53,950 nucleotides of DNA from an uncultured Chloroflexia bacterium (GTDB lineage Bacteria > Chloroflexota > Dehalococcoidia > SZUA-161). Location: NCBI GenBank assembly GCA_963827295.1, contig CAWHAI010000016.1:1-53950 (forward strand), in the 5' to 3' direction. Shown piece by piece: positions 20,263-30,698 of the stretch; position 1 is the first letter of the stretch, and each line of letters begins with the position of its first letter. The translations under genes were made by a program, and so were the position numbers. The notes under the pieces are model-generated. The model did no database searches. It was not told the origin of the DNA and was given only the letters and a program-made list of their open reading frames with translations.

Positions 20263-21486
20263 CCCGCCTCCTCAAGAAGCCTTAATATCTCAGCAGGGGA
20301 CGCCCTGCGCCGCTTCTTGCCACCCCGCTGATCCATCAATTCGATCCCCTCTTTGCTGCGCATATTGACTATCCAGCGGAAATCAGCAGTATCCCTGTAG
20401 CCCAAATCGAACTCAGCAACATAGCCCGCCTCTCGCAACGACTGGGCTAAAGCCAGAGAGGGCTTTAGCCCCTCCGCATCTTTGGCCCTCACCAGAACCT
20501 TCTCGCCGTCGTGGCACATCCTTGAGCAAACCCATAAGCTCATCGATATAGAGAGCAAAGCCGGAGGCAGGAATTTTCTTCCCTCCCACCAAGGGGATAA
20601 GCTCATCGTATCTACCCCCACCACCCAGCCTGCGCCCTGCCCTATAGAACCCGAAGATAATGCCAGTGTAATACTCGAAACCCCTCCCTGAGGTGAAATC
20701 TATCTGGTAGTTGAAGTCTAAGCCAGTCAGCAGGTTCGCAATCCTCGCCAGCTCATCCAGGCTGGGGCCAAGCCCTGGCAAAGAAGAGGAGAAAGTACCC
20801 CTCAGATTTTCTACAAAGCCAGGAGAGTTTCCTTTTACGCCGAACAAGAGCGGCAAGCTTTTCCCCAATTCAGGGTTTCTGCCCTTTAAGTTGCTTAGCA
20901 CATCCATGTTCCCCGAAAAGACTTGATCCAGAACCTCAGCCCCTTTCTCCCCACTCAACCCCAGGCCCTCAAGGATGGTCTTTATCAATCCGGCATGAGC
21001 CAGCCGAAGCTGCACCGGCTTTATCCCCAGCTTTGCCATAGCCTCCAAAGCGATTGAGATAAGCTCGACATCCCCTTCCAGCCTGCTCACACCGAGGAGT
21101 TCGGCCCCGCTTTGCCAGCGCTCCCGCGATTCCTTGCCTGTGCCCTCGAAGGCGAACATGTTCTCTACATAAAAGAGCTTGGCGACTGGGAGATCCTGGA
21201 AGTTCTCTACATAAAGTCTGGCTGCGGGAATGGTTCCATCTGGCCTGAGCGCCACCCGTTCCCCGCTCCAACCATCCCAATCCAGAAAGGAATAAACCCG
21301 TCCCAGCAGGTCCGGGGAGAGCGTTCCGGCAGATGTGAAGAGGTGGAGATATTCCAGGGTGGGCGTCCTGATCTCCTGATAACCCCAGCCCAGGCAGCAA
21401 TCCCTAAATTCAGATTCTATGCGGCGGAATTTCGCCATGTCCTGGGGCAATAAGTCACGTGTCCCCTTGCACCTGGGCACCTTCAT
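20253..21486 (-). CDS. hisZ: ATP phosphoribosyltransferase regulatory subunit (HisRS-like; frameshift near 20515)
   Basis: Motifs 'KGTRDLLP', 'LRPDGT', 'Q.GAEL', 'RGFEYYTG' and 'GGGRYDEL'; first gene of the his operon. Confidence 0.88.
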
Positions 21487-21549
21487 CCCTTATCACCTCG
21501 GTTTAACTGGCACTATTCTACACTTATTGAAAGGGCTGTTCAACGGTAA

Positions 21550-21996
21550 TTATTTATTTCCCCAAATCCCCAGTTTCGCCGCTTTGGCTTCCTTCTCTAA
21601 TTGCGACAGTTGCCACTGGTATCTGGTATCAGGCGGGTAAGCCACAGCTTCGGCATAGCCAAGGCGTACCAGCTCTCCGTTGACGAAAACACCATCAACA
21701 TAGACGTATCGCAGCAGCCTGCCGTACTTATCTGTTTCGCTCACATCCTTCTCCAGCGTCACCAGCTTCCCCTCTACCAACTCGATGTTCTTAGCCTTTG
21801 CCTCAGGGCCGTAGAATTCCGTTTTCGGGTAAGTCTCCGGGGTATCTATTCCAATGTACCTGACATGAGCGCCCCCTGCTATTTCGATGGTATCCCCATC
21901 AATGACGCGAACAACTTTAATCCCGCTTTCAGTAACAGGGGTACAACTCAGAAGAAGAACGGCAACAACCAGCAGTAGCGCTAAAAACTGCTTCAT
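21550..21996 (-). CDS. thermonuclease (SNase-like) lipoprotein
   Basis: Lipobox 'LLSC'; motifs 'VIDGDT', 'GIDTPE' and 'DKYGRLLRYVY'. Confidence 0.92.
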   Translation of the reverse strand: MKQFLALLLVVAVLLLSCTPVTESGIKVVRVIDGDTIEIAGGAHVRYIGIDTPETYPKTEFYGPEAKAKNIELVEGKLVTLEKDVSETDKYGRLLRYVYVDGVFVNGELVRLGYAEAVAYPPDTRYQWQLSQLEKEAKAAKLGIWGNK

Positions 21997-22021
21997 GAGT
22001 TTGTTTCCTGTAGGATCAAGA

Positions 22022-23755
22022 TCAAGCTATGGGGAGGAAATCGAAGATATTGAGCCGAAGCTGCTCTCTTCCGTTCCAATTATCTGCTTCCAGAATGTAG
22101 ACAATGTCGAGATAGGAGGATAGCTGTCGGTCCCCAAGGTCGAAAGCGATGGCATCCCACACAACCTGGCCATCGCGCAGCTTGAGTTTCAGATGCTTGC
22201 CAGTGCCGCCGACAGTGCGGGAGTCCACCACTTTCACCTTCTGGCTCAGAAAGACCGGGGCCTGATTAGCCTGTCCAAACGGCTCCAGCTTGCTGATAAC
22301 CTTGTAGGTTTCCCAACCCAGCGCAGAGAGAGGAACCAAAGCGTCAATGGTTAGGGTAGGGCGGAGGTCTACCTCAGCCAGCTCCCGGGCTGCTATATCC
22401 AGAAGCCGCTGGTTAAGCTGCTCCAGGTTAGCTCTGGGTGTGAGGAAGCCCGCTGCCCGGGAATGTCCCCCAAAGCGTGTGAGCAAATCCTGGCACTCGG
22501 CCAGGGCTGTGACGATATCGAATTCAGGGATGCTGCGAGCGCTCCCCCTGACTGTATCGCCGTCCAGACTGAGGACAATCACAGGTCGGTAGAATTCATC
22601 GGCCAGCCTGCCTGCGACCACACCCGCTACACCAGGGGGGTAATCGTCACCACCAACCAGCAGCAGCGGCTTCTCGGCCGCCTCAGGAACCAGTCTCCCC
22701 CTCGCCCTGGCCAGCACCTCAGCGGTCAGCCTCTGGCGTTCCACGTTCCTGGTCTCAAGTAAAGCAGCAAGCTCGCGGGCTTGATCAGAGGAGGATGTGG
22801 TCAGAAGCTCATAGCTGATGACTGCGTGGTCCATTCTTCCGCTGGCATTAAGACGAGGCCCCAGAATATAGGAGATGCTTTCAGAATCGATTTTACCCAT
22901 TTCCAGCCCTGAACGGAGCACCAGCTCTCGCACACCCGGCCTCTGACTTTTGTTCAGCCCTTCGATCCCGCACTTCACCAGATGCCTGTTCTCACCAAGC
23001 AAGGGCACCATATCCACAACAGTCCCCAGAGCGACCAGGTCCAGAAACTTGTCCCACTCGCCATGCCTATTTGTTGCGCTGAACAGAGCCTGCAGGAGCT
23101 TGAAGGCAACCCCAACACCTGCCAGTTCATAGAAAGGATATGTCGAACCAGGACATTTGGGGTCGATTGCCGCCACAGCAGGGGGGATATGGGTAAGAGG
23201 CACATGATGATCAGTTATAATGATGTCAAGCCCGAGCTTTTGTCCCTCCTCCACCTCTGAGACGCCGGTGATGCCGCAATCAACAGTCACCACAAGGCTA
23301 ACCCCTTGCTCTTTCAGGTTCTTCAGAGCGACGTTGTTAAGCCCATGGCCCTCGTCCACCCGGTGAGGGATATAGGAAACAATCCTACCCCCCAGCTCTG
23401 ATATCCCTTCTGCCAAAAGGACAGTAGCGGTGATACCATCGGCATCGAAATCGCCGTAGATGGCGATGAGTTCGTCGCCCAGCAAGGCACGAAGAAGCCT
23501 CGTTACCGCCTTATCCATCTCCGGGAGTAAAAAGGGGTCATTTGCCAATCTGGCATCAGCAGCAAGGAACGGCTCGAATTGAGTGGGGTCTGTGACGCCG
23601 CGATTATGGAGCAACTGAATAAGTAAGGTATTAATGTCAGGCCGTTTAGCTGAGCTTCCGCCGATCTGGGATAAGAACAGAGGCTCAGGATGAAGCCGTT
23701 GCGCCAGGGCGTCAGCGGAAAGAGGGGGGCATATCTTCCACCTTTGCTGGGTCAA
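22022..23755 (-). CDS. recJ: single-stranded DNA exonuclease RecJ
   Basis: Motifs 'GDFDADG', 'TVDCG', 'TDHH', 'GPRLNASGR', 'GSARS' and 'FGGH..AAG'. Confidence 0.97.
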   Translation of the reverse strand: MTQQRWKICPPLSADALAQRLHPEPLFLSQIGGSSAKRPDINTLLIQLLHNRGVTDPTQFEPFLAADARLANDPFLLPEMDKAVTRLLRALLGDELIAIYGDFDADGITATVLLAEGISELGGRIVSYIPHRVDEGHGLNNVALKNLKEQGVSLVVTVDCGITGVSEVEEGQKLGLDIIITDHHVPLTHIPPAVAAIDPKCPGSTYPFYELAGVGVAFKLLQALFSATNRHGEWDKFLDLVALGTVVDMVPLLGENRHLVKCGIEGLNKSQRPGVRELVLRSGLEMGKIDSESISYILGPRLNASGRMDHAVISYELLTTSSSDQARELAALLETRNVERQRLTAEVLARARGRLVPEAAEKPLLLVGGDDYPPGVAGVVAGRLADEFYRPVIVLSLDGDTVRGSARSIPEFDIVTALAECQDLLTRFGGHSRAAGFLTPRANLEQLNQRLLDIAARELAEVDLRPTLTIDALVPLSALGWETYKVISKLEPFGQANQAPVFLSQKVKVVDSRTVGGTGKHLKLKLRDGQVVWDAIAFDLGDRQLSSYLDIVYILEADNWNGREQLRLNIFDFLPIA

Positions 23756-23792
23756 TGCTTAATACCATGCAATTCTAGGCCCGTATTAATCA

Positions 23793-23821
23793 AGTGTACA
23801 TTCCTTATGAGTTCAAGTCAA
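23793..23821 (-). promoter_or_regulatory. recJ promoter TTGACT-N17-TACACT
   Basis: Near-consensus hexamers about 40 nt upstream of recJ. Confidence 0.6.
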
Positions 23822-23930
23822 CACTCTTTCTTGAGAAATTTACGGGACCTAGGAAATCCTTGCGCCGCAAGCGTCCCACCTTGGACGAGCTCTAGGCAGC
23901 TCGGGGCGAACGAAAGCGCCCACAGCAAAT

Positions 23931-23959
23931 AAAAAGGCGGGGTTTTACCCCGCCTTTTT
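23931..23959. terminator. bidirectional intrinsic terminator after dnaK
   Basis: AAAAAGGCGGGG-TTTTA-CCCCGCCTTTTT. Confidence 0.9.
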
Positions 23960-23988
23960 AGCCAATGAAAAGTGTGTCTATAGCCTGG

Positions 23989-25908
23989 TTACACCTCCCG
24001 GAACTCGCCCTCCACGGTGCCTTCGTCTTTCTTGCCCGGGCCTTCTTCCCCTCCCGGAGGTGGGGGAGGTGCTCCTGGCCCTGCACCCGCCTGCTGCTGA
24101 TATACAGCCGCGCCTACCTTCTGCATCGCATCGGACAGCTCCTGAGTGGTGCGTTTTAGCTGCTGAACGTCGCCGCCGGTCAGCGCCGATTTCACCGCTG
24201 CTATCTTGCTATCAACCTCACCCTTTAACTGAGCTGGCACCTTGTCACCCTGCTCTCGCAGGGTCTTCTCCGCTGTATAAACCAGAGTGTCCGCCATATT
24301 ACGGGCTTCAACTTCCTCGCGCTTCCTTGAATCCTCGGCGGCATGCTTCTCGGCCTCGCGCCGCATGCGCTCGACCTCGTCTTTGCTCAGCCCGCTGGAG
24401 GCAGTTATGGTTATCTTCTGCTCCCTGCCCGTGCCCTTATCGTGAGCCTTAACGCTGAGAATACCGTTAGCATCAATGTCAAAGGCAACCTCGATCTGGG
24501 GCACGCCCCGCGGCGCGGGAAGTATGCCATCGAGCATGAAGCGACCCAGCGTCCTGTTATCGCCAGCCATGGGGCGCTCCCCCTGGAGCACATGGATTTC
24601 CACGCTGGGCTGACTATCAGCAGCCGTGCTGAATATCTGGCTCTTCGAGGTGGGTATTGTGGTATTGCGCTGGATAAGCGGCGTCATAACTGCACCAAGG
24701 GTCTCGATGCCCAGGGTTAGCGGGGTAACATCGAGCAGCAACACATCCCTGACCTCGCCCTTGAGCACACCACCCTGAATCGCCGCACCCATCGCGACAA
24801 CCTCATCGGGATTGACCCCCTTGGAGGGCTCGCGGCCGAAGAACTCCTTAACCTTCGTCTGCACCAGTGGCATCCTGGTCTGGCCGCCAACCAGGATAAC
24901 CTCATTGATCTGGCTGGCGCTCAGCCCGGCATCCTGGAGCGCCTGTTTGCAAGGGCCGATCGTCTTCTCCACCAGGTCCATTACCAGTTGCTCCAACTTC
25001 GCGCGAGTCAATTTGATAGTCAGGTGCTTGGGCCCACTGGCATCAGCGGTAATGAAGGGAAGATTAATCTCGGTCTCCATCACAGTGGAGAGCTCCATCT
25101 TCGCCTTCTCCGCAGCCTCCTTCAGCCTCTGCAAAGCCATGCGGTCCTTCCTGAGGTCTATGCCTTGGTCTCGCTTGAACTCATCGGCCAGCCAGTCCAT
25201 GATGCGCTGGTCGAAATCGTCGCCGCCCAAATGGGTATCGCCATTGGTCGATTTGACCTGGAAGGTACCTTCCCCCAGCTCCAATATCGAAATATCGAAG
25301 GTGCCACCACCCAGGTCGTAGACAGCAATGGTCTCCTCTTTCTTCTTGTCCAGTCCATAGGCCAGCGATGCAGCAGTGGGCTCGTTGATTATACGCAGCA
25401 CCTTCAGCCCGGCAATCTCGCCGGCGTCCTTGGTAGCCTGCCTCTGGCTATCGTTAAAATAGGCAGGCACAGTGATGACCGCCTCAGTCACCTTCTCTCC
25501 CAAATAAGCCTCAGCATCGGCCTTCAGTTTCTGCAGAATCATAGCCGAGATCTCGGGCGGGCTATATTCCTTGCCACCCATCAGCACCCGCACCTCATTG
25601 TTGGGACCCCGCGTCACCTTGTAAGTCTTGCGGCGGGCATCCTCCTCCACCGGCAGCTCACGCCCCGGCGGCTCCCCCCACTTTCGCCCCATAAATCGCT
25701 TAATGCTGTAGATAGTGCTCTCTGGATTTGTGATCGCTTGACGCTTGGCAACCTGTCCCACCAGCCGCTCCCCACTCTTACTCACTGCCACCACGGAGGG
25801 CGTAAGCCGGGAGCCTTCAGCATTGGTGATAACCACGGGCTCGCCGCCCTCCATCACGGCCACCTCGCTCAATGTTGTGCCTAAGTCGATACCGATTACC
25901 TTCGCCAT
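23989..25908 (-). CDS. dnaK: chaperone DnaK
   Basis: Motifs 'IGIDLGTT', 'TVPAYF', 'DLGGGTFD' and 'LLLDVTPL'. Confidence 0.99.
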   Translation of the reverse strand: MAKVIGIDLGTTLSEVAVMEGGEPVVITNAEGSRLTPSVVAVSKSGERLVGQVAKRQAITNPESTIYSIKRFMGRKWGEPPGRELPVEEDARRKTYKVTRGPNNEVRVLMGGKEYSPPEISAMILQKLKADAEAYLGEKVTEAVITVPAYFNDSQRQATKDAGEIAGLKVLRIINEPTAASLAYGLDKKKEETIAVYDLGGGTFDISILELGEGTFQVKSTNGDTHLGGDDFDQRIMDWLADEFKRDQGIDLRKDRMALQRLKEAAEKAKMELSTVMETEINLPFITADASGPKHLTIKLTRAKLEQLVMDLVEKTIGPCKQALQDAGLSASQINEVILVGGQTRMPLVQTKVKEFFGREPSKGVNPDEVVAMGAAIQGGVLKGEVRDVLLLDVTPLTLGIETLGAVMTPLIQRNTTIPTSKSQIFSTAADSQPSVEIHVLQGERPMAGDNRTLGRFMLDGILPAPRGVPQIEVAFDIDANGILSVKAHDKGTGREQKITITASSGLSKDEVERMRREAEKHAAEDSRKREEVEARNMADTLVYTAEKTLREQGDKVPAQLKGEVDSKIAAVKSALTGGDVQQLKRTTQELSDAMQKVGAAVYQQQAGAGPGAPPPPPGGEEGPGKKDEGTVEGEFREV

Positions 25909-25944
25909 ATTCTACCTCCATCTAAGTGTAAATAAGAGTTCGCT

Positions 25945-26033
25945 TAGTAGTCCTTTTCAACCACCTGTATCCCCCAATCTTGGGAAATACCCGCTAACCC
26001 CCAGCAAAGTGGCTTTGCCCCTCTGCACTCCCT
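25945..26033. repeat. MITE/REP-like element, copy 1
   Basis: CTTTTCAACC..TGTATCCCCC.ATCTTGGG...TTGCCCCTCTGCACTC is shared with 27933-28052. Confidence 0.7.
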
Positions 26034-26034
26034 T

Positions 26035-26595
26035 TTACTTGTTAAATTTCCCTTTCCCCACCTTGACCTGTGTGGGGCGAATCACACGATCGCGAAGCTT
26101 GTAGCCCTTCTGTATCTCCTCGACTACCTTCCCCTCCTCCCCTTCTACAGCCATGACGGCTTCATGGAAATTGGGGTCGAAGTCTTTGCCCTCAGCCTCG
26201 ATCACCGACACTCCTTGGGCCTCGAGGACTGCTTTCAGCTTGCGATAAATATGCTTGATACCATCGAGCCAGGATGACTCTGCGAGTTCCTCATGTACGC
26301 TTGCCAGGGCTCGCTCAAAGTCATCAATAACAGGGAGCAGGCTCATAATGAGAGTCGAATTTGAAAAGTTGGCTGACTCCGCCCGCTCCTGCTCGCTACG
26401 TCTTTTATAATTTATGAAGTCTGCCTGGGCCCGTTGCCAGTTGGCCAGATACTTCTCTGCTTTCTCCTTCTCCTCCTCGAGCGCCTTTTTAAGCGATTCT
26501 ACGTCGCCCGCCTCCTCTTTTAGCTCCTCCTCATCTCCCCCGTCCGGCGCAACCTTTTCCTCTCTTTGAGAGAAGTCCTTCTTAGCCAAACACAC
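26035..26595 (-). CDS. grpE: nucleotide exchange factor GrpE
   Basis: Motifs 'RAQADFINYKRR', 'FDPNFHEA' and 'KGY.L..RVIRP..V.V'. Confidence 0.97.
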   Translation of the reverse strand: MCLAKKDFSQREEKVAPDGGDEEELKEEAGDVESLKKALEEEKEKAEKYLANWQRAQADFINYKRRSEQERAESANFSNSTLIMSLLPVIDDFERALASVHEELAESSWLDGIKHIYRKLKAVLEAQGVSVIEAEGKDFDPNFHEAVMAVEGEEGKVVEEIQKGYKLRDRVIRPTQVKVGKGKFNK

Positions 26596-26698
26596 ACCCC
26601 CATTTACACATTCAACACATATTTTAGATTATCTAACAAACTCATTGATATAACTTTTGTCACATTTTTCAGAAGTTGGAGCTTCTACCGAATATACA

Positions 26699-26792
26699 AG
26701 GGGCACAAGCCCCTTGTTCAAGCCCGCTTGTTAGAGATTGTTTAATATCCCCTTTTCAACCCCCTAGCAGGGGAAAAGTCCCCTTGTGCCCC
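26699..26792. repeat. MITE/REP-like element, degenerate copy 2
   Basis: GAGATTGTTTA..CTTTTCAACCCC is shared with the other copies. It is bounded by the inverted repeat GGGGCACAAG/CTTGTGCCCC. Confidence 0.5.
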
Positions 26793-26826
26793 AGTTGCCA
26801 AATAACCTGCCAGCTATATACCCAAA

Positions 26827-27840
26827 TTAACCGTAAAGCTCGCTTACCAGCTCGCTCATCACGGTGGATAGAAAGCGGACTGTAGGAATAGCGCGCCCGT
26901 ACTCCATTCGAGTCGGGCCCATCACACCTATGGCACCCCCTACTTCCCCGGGAATACCGTATTTGGTTATAATCACGCTGCAGTCTCGCATCGCATTCTC
27001 TTTGTTTTCTCTCCCGATGACCACCCGCACTCCCTCTCCGGTCAGCACCCTGGGGAAGAATGACCTGAGCAGGCTCTTCTGCTCAAACAATTCCATAATC
27101 GCTGCGATCCTGTCGCTTGAGGCAAACTCAGGCTGCCTGAGCATGTGCCTCAGGCCGTCTATATAGGGCTCTTCATATTCCTCGCCCTCCTCAGACTCCA
27201 TTATCTCCACCACATTTCTCATCACTTGCTCTTCAAGCGAGGAGAGCTTTAAGTCTTTATTAGATATCTGGGTAGCTGCAAGCCCGGCATAAGCGGAAGT
27301 AAGCTTCTGAGCGCTGGCGCTGAGTTCCTCCTGGGAGGCAGCTTCCCCCAGGGTTAACATCTGCTGTCTGAGCTTCGCTTCCTTGAGAACAAGGACCAAT
27401 AGAGCCAGGAACTCCTGGAGGGAAATAAGCTCAAGGTGCTTGAGCCTGGCCTCAACAGGCTTGGGCAGAGTAACAAGAGCTACGTTGTGCACCATACTCG
27501 ACAGAATTGCAGCAGCCAGACGGGTCCATTCCTCAACCGCCCTCTCCACTTGGTGGAACTGGTGACGGATCATGAACTGCTCATCATGAGAGAGGCGAGC
27601 ATAATTCATCAATGACCCTATATAACGGCGATAACCCTTCTCCGTGGGAATGCGGCCTGCGGAGGTATGAGGCTGGACTATATAGCCCTCCTCCTCGAGG
27701 TCCATCATCTCGTTGCGGATAGTAGCCGGACTCACACCTAAGCCCTTTTTGGCGACGACATCAGAGCTCACAGGCACACCTTTCGAAATATATTCGCCTA
27801 TGATAATGCTCAGGATCCGCTCTCTTCTTTTAGTGAGCAT
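26827..27840 (-). CDS. hrcA: heat-inducible transcription repressor HrcA
   Basis: Motifs 'SPATIRNEM..LE..G', 'PHTSAGRIPT.KGYR' and 'GPTRMEY'. Confidence 0.97.
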   Translation of the reverse strand: MLTKRRERILSIIIGEYISKGVPVSSDVVAKKGLGVSPATIRNEMMDLEEEGYIVQPHTSAGRIPTEKGYRRYIGSLMNYARLSHDEQFMIRHQFHQVERAVEEWTRLAAAILSSMVHNVALVTLPKPVEARLKHLELISLQEFLALLVLVLKEAKLRQQMLTLGEAASQEELSASAQKLTSAYAGLAATQISNKDLKLSSLEEQVMRNVVEIMESEEGEEYEEPYIDGLRHMLRQPEFASSDRIAAIMELFEQKSLLRSFFPRVLTGEGVRVVIGRENKENAMRDCSVIITKYGIPGEVGGAIGVMGPTRMEYGRAIPTVRFLSTVMSELVSELYG

Positions 27841-27864
27841 CTCTCCACTCCCTTTATTTTAGCG

Positions 27865-27891
27865 TTAGCACTCTTCTGTCAAGAGTGCTAA
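27865..27891. promoter_or_regulatory. CIRCE operator
   Basis: Perfect TTAGCACTC-N9-GAGTGCTAA upstream of hrcA. The promoter TTGACA-N18-TAGAGT lies on the - strand at about 27902-27931. Confidence 0.97.
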
Positions 27892-27932
27892 CGCTAAAAT
27901 AACTCTATCACTTCACGCTCATTCTTGTCAAG

Positions 27933-28052
27933 AGGTTGTTTATCAATCTTCTTTCAATCTCTTGTATCCCCCCATCTTGGGGGAATTTAAGATTTGGGGG
28001 GCACCCCCAAACCCCTATCATCCGCCTGAGGCGGATTGCCCCTCTGCACTCT
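27933..28052. repeat. MITE/REP-like element, copy 3 (longest)
   Basis: Shares ends with copy 1. Internal hairpins TTTGGGGG/CCCCCAAA and ATCCGCCTGAGGCGGAT. Confidence 0.7.
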
Positions 28053-28144
28053 CTATTGCTTAACACTCTCTCTATCAGAGGTTGACCCTTCGCAGCTACT
28101 TTGCTATACTTTCCCTCTATAAACTCTCTAAGAAAGGCTTCTCT

Positions 28145-29125
28145 TTGGCTCGATATGCAAGGGTTATCGGGTGGGGTAAATACCTGCCCGAGAAGGTGCT
28201 CACAAACCAAGAACTGGAGCGCTTAGTCAATACCTCAGACGCCTGGATTCTGAGTCGTACTGGCATCAGAGAGAGAAGAATTGCCGCTGACAACGAGACG
28301 GCGTCCTCCATGGCGGTGCGCGCCAGCAGGGGAGCCCTAGAGGTCGCCGGGCTCAAGCCGGACTCTCTGGATTTGGTGATCACAGCTACCTGCACGCCAG
28401 AAAACATTTTCCCTGCATGCGCCTCCTCAGTGCAGCACTCTCTAGGTGCTAAGAAAGCCGCTGCCTTCGACGTCAATGCTGCCTGTAGCGGCTTCATTTA
28501 TGCGCTGGCGACCGCCTGCCAGTTCATTGGTTCCGGAGCCTACAACAATATCCTGGTTGTGGGCAGCGAGGTCTACTCCAGAATTCTGGACTGGAAGGAC
28601 CGCAACACCTGCGTCCTGTTTGGCGATGGCGCTGGGGCGGTGGTGGTCCAGGCTGGCGATTCCTCACCTGGCATGCTCAGCTTCGCCTTGGGCAACGATG
28701 GCTCGCGGGCAAACTCTATTTACGCCCCTGGGCCCTGTGGCTTAAACAGCGGGCCCTACTATATCACTATGAACGGCCCTGAGGTGTTTAAATTTGCAGT
28801 AAACGTCCTTTGTCTGGCGACCAGGCAGGTCGTCAAAGCCGCTGGCCTCGATTTATCCGACATCGAGCTCATCATCCCTCATCAGGCAAACACGCGCATT
28901 CTTAAATCGGCCGCCAAGGCGCTCGAGCTTCCGCCGGAGAAGGTCTTCATCAATGTAGACCGCTACGGCAATACCTCGGCAGCCTCCATCCCCATAGCAT
29001 TATGTGAGGCCGTGAAGCAAGGGCGGCTTAAAGATGGCGACTACATTGTCCTGGTGGGCTTCGGGGGCGGTCTGAGCTGGGCCGCCATGGCGCTTGAATG
29101 GGGTTCTGGGAGAGGAAAAAAGTAA
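28145..29125 (+). CDS. fabH: beta-ketoacyl-ACP synthase III
   Basis: Motifs 'RTGIRERR', 'AACSGF', 'LFGDGAGA', 'PHQAN' and 'YGNTSAAS'. The likely start is the TTG at 28145. Confidence 0.95.
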   Translation: MARYARVIGWGKYLPEKVLTNQELERLVNTSDAWILSRTGIRERRIAADNETASSMAVRASRGALEVAGLKPDSLDLVITATCTPENIFPACASSVQHSLGAKKAAAFDVNAACSGFIYALATACQFIGSGAYNNILVVGSEVYSRILDWKDRNTCVLFGDGAGAVVVQAGDSSPGMLSFALGNDGSRANSIYAPGPCGLNSGPYYITMNGPEVFKFAVNVLCLATRQVVKAAGLDLSDIELIIPHQANTRILKSAAKALELPPEKVFINVDRYGNTSAASIPIALCEAVKQGRLKDGDYIVLVGFGGGLSWAAMALEWGSGRGKK

Positions 29126-29165
29126 TTCTGGGGACCAATTAAGCTATTAGAGAAATGGGTACGGC

Positions 29166-29196
29166 TGTAGGGGCGGGTTTGAAACCCGCCCCTACA
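29166..29196. repeat. GTAG-type REP palindrome
   Basis: TGTAGGGGCGGGTTTGAAACCCGCCCCTACA. Confidence 0.85.
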
Positions 29197-29213
29197 ATGA
29201 AGGAGAGACGAGG

Positions 29214-30626
29214 TTGTTAGACTTAGCGATAATCATTATCTACTTTCTCGGCATGATAGCTATCGGCATCCATGCCTACAGGAAAAAAGAATCATCGACC
29301 CAGAACGGTTTCTTCGTAGCCAATCGGCGTGGCTCGGCTTTGTTTATAGTAGGTTCGCTCTGCGCTACCATTATTGGAGCCTCGGTTACACTAGGAATGG
29401 CAGGTCTGGGGTATAGAATAGGGCTCCCTGGGGCCTGGTGGCTTCTAGCGGGAAGCATCGGCCTGCTTATCCTGGGCTTTTTCTTTGCTCGCAAAGTCAG
29501 AGGGTTTGGGCTCTATACGCTGCCTGAGCTACTGGAAAAGCAATATAACAGCAAGGCAGCGGGGCTGGTAGCCTCTATACTCATCGCGGTTTCCTGGCTG
29601 GCCGTTATAGCTGCCCAGGTAATAGCAGCCGGCAAAATCCTCACCATCCTGCTTCCCAATTTAGACACCTCTCTGGCGATGGCTATTTCCGCCGTTGTAC
29701 TTACTCTATATACCTTCCTGGGCGGCCAGTATTCGGTAATCCGCACCGACCTTGTTCAATTCGGCATAATAATTGTCGGCGTCATTGTATGCTTGGGTTT
29801 AGTGTTGAGCGATGTTGGAGGGTTCGGTGGCATGCATTCCACGCTTTCCTCGGGATTTTTTTCTTTCCCTACAAACACAAATTTCACCTGGCCAAACCTG
29901 ATAACGCTTCTAATCTTAACTGGCTCAACTTACGTTGTGGGGCCGGACATGTATTCCCGGCTATTTTGCGCCCGCAATGACAATGTGGCTAAAAAATCGG
30001 CGCTTTCGGCCGCTCTAATAACTATACCCATTGCTTTCATAATCGTCCTCATAGGCATAGGTGCGAAGGTCTTGTTCCCGGATATCGCCTCAGAACAAGC
30101 CTTTCCCACAGTGATAAAAGAGGTACTGCCTATCGGGGTAAGCGGCCTGGTAATCGCAGCACTCCTCGCTGCTATGATGTCCTCTGCGGATACATGCTTA
30201 ATCACCACGAGCACTATATTCACTGTCGACATCTATAAACGGATTTTCCCCAAAATGAGCGAACGGAAAACCCTCCTGGTTGCCAAGTTGGCTGTTCTTG
30301 TGATTGGTGCGCTCACTCTGATTGTTGCTCTGCAGCTGAATGGCATAATAAGCTCCCTGTTACTGGCGTACACTGTCTTCACCAGCGGGGTGGTTCTCCC
30401 CGTAATTGCGGGGTTTTATAAGGATAAGCTGAAGGTGAACTCCATAGGCGTAGTGGTATCTATCATCGGGGGAGGAGGCACAGCCCTGGCGATAAAACAA
30501 CTGCTCCATAAGGGGCAATTCGATCCGATGAATCTTATAGGATTTGGCGTTTGCGCTGTGCTGCTGTTTGGTGTAAGCTGGATAACCAGGATAGTAATTA
30601 ACCGTAGAGAACGCGGAGCCTGCTGA
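29214..30626 (+). CDS. sodium:solute symporter family protein
   Basis: Motifs 'FFVANR', 'YTLPELL', 'GG..SV..TD..Q' and 'AAMMSSADT'. Confidence 0.92.
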   Translation: MLDLAIIIIYFLGMIAIGIHAYRKKESSTQNGFFVANRRGSALFIVGSLCATIIGASVTLGMAGLGYRIGLPGAWWLLAGSIGLLILGFFFARKVRGFGLYTLPELLEKQYNSKAAGLVASILIAVSWLAVIAAQVIAAGKILTILLPNLDTSLAMAISAVVLTLYTFLGGQYSVIRTDLVQFGIIIVGVIVCLGLVLSDVGGFGGMHSTLSSGFFSFPTNTNFTWPNLITLLILTGSTYVVGPDMYSRLFCARNDNVAKKSALSAALITIPIAFIIVLIGIGAKVLFPDIASEQAFPTVIKEVLPIGVSGLVIAALLAAMMSSADTCLITTSTIFTVDIYKRIFPKMSERKTLLVAKLAVLVIGALTLIVALQLNGIISSLLLAYTVFTSGVVLPVIAGFYKDKLKVNSIGVVVSIIGGGGTALAIKQLLHKGQFDPMNLIGFGVCAVLLFGVSWITRIVINRRERGAC

Positions 30627-30678
30627 GGGTAAATAATCTTTGAATAAACACTGCGCTCCCTGTCCCCTCTGCGGTGAA
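30601..30678. repeat. ACCGYAGAG...CTCTGCGGT inverted-repeat element
   Basis: Arms ACCGTAGAG (30601) and CTCTGCGGT (30667-30675); it overlaps the 3' end of the symporter gene. Confidence 0.65.
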
Positions 30679-30698
30679 TGTGAATAGAAAGGGCTAAC

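Noticed and set aside
24988-25884. 298-aa + strand ORF
   Set aside because: It is an antisense shadow of dnaK, a known codon-bias artefact.
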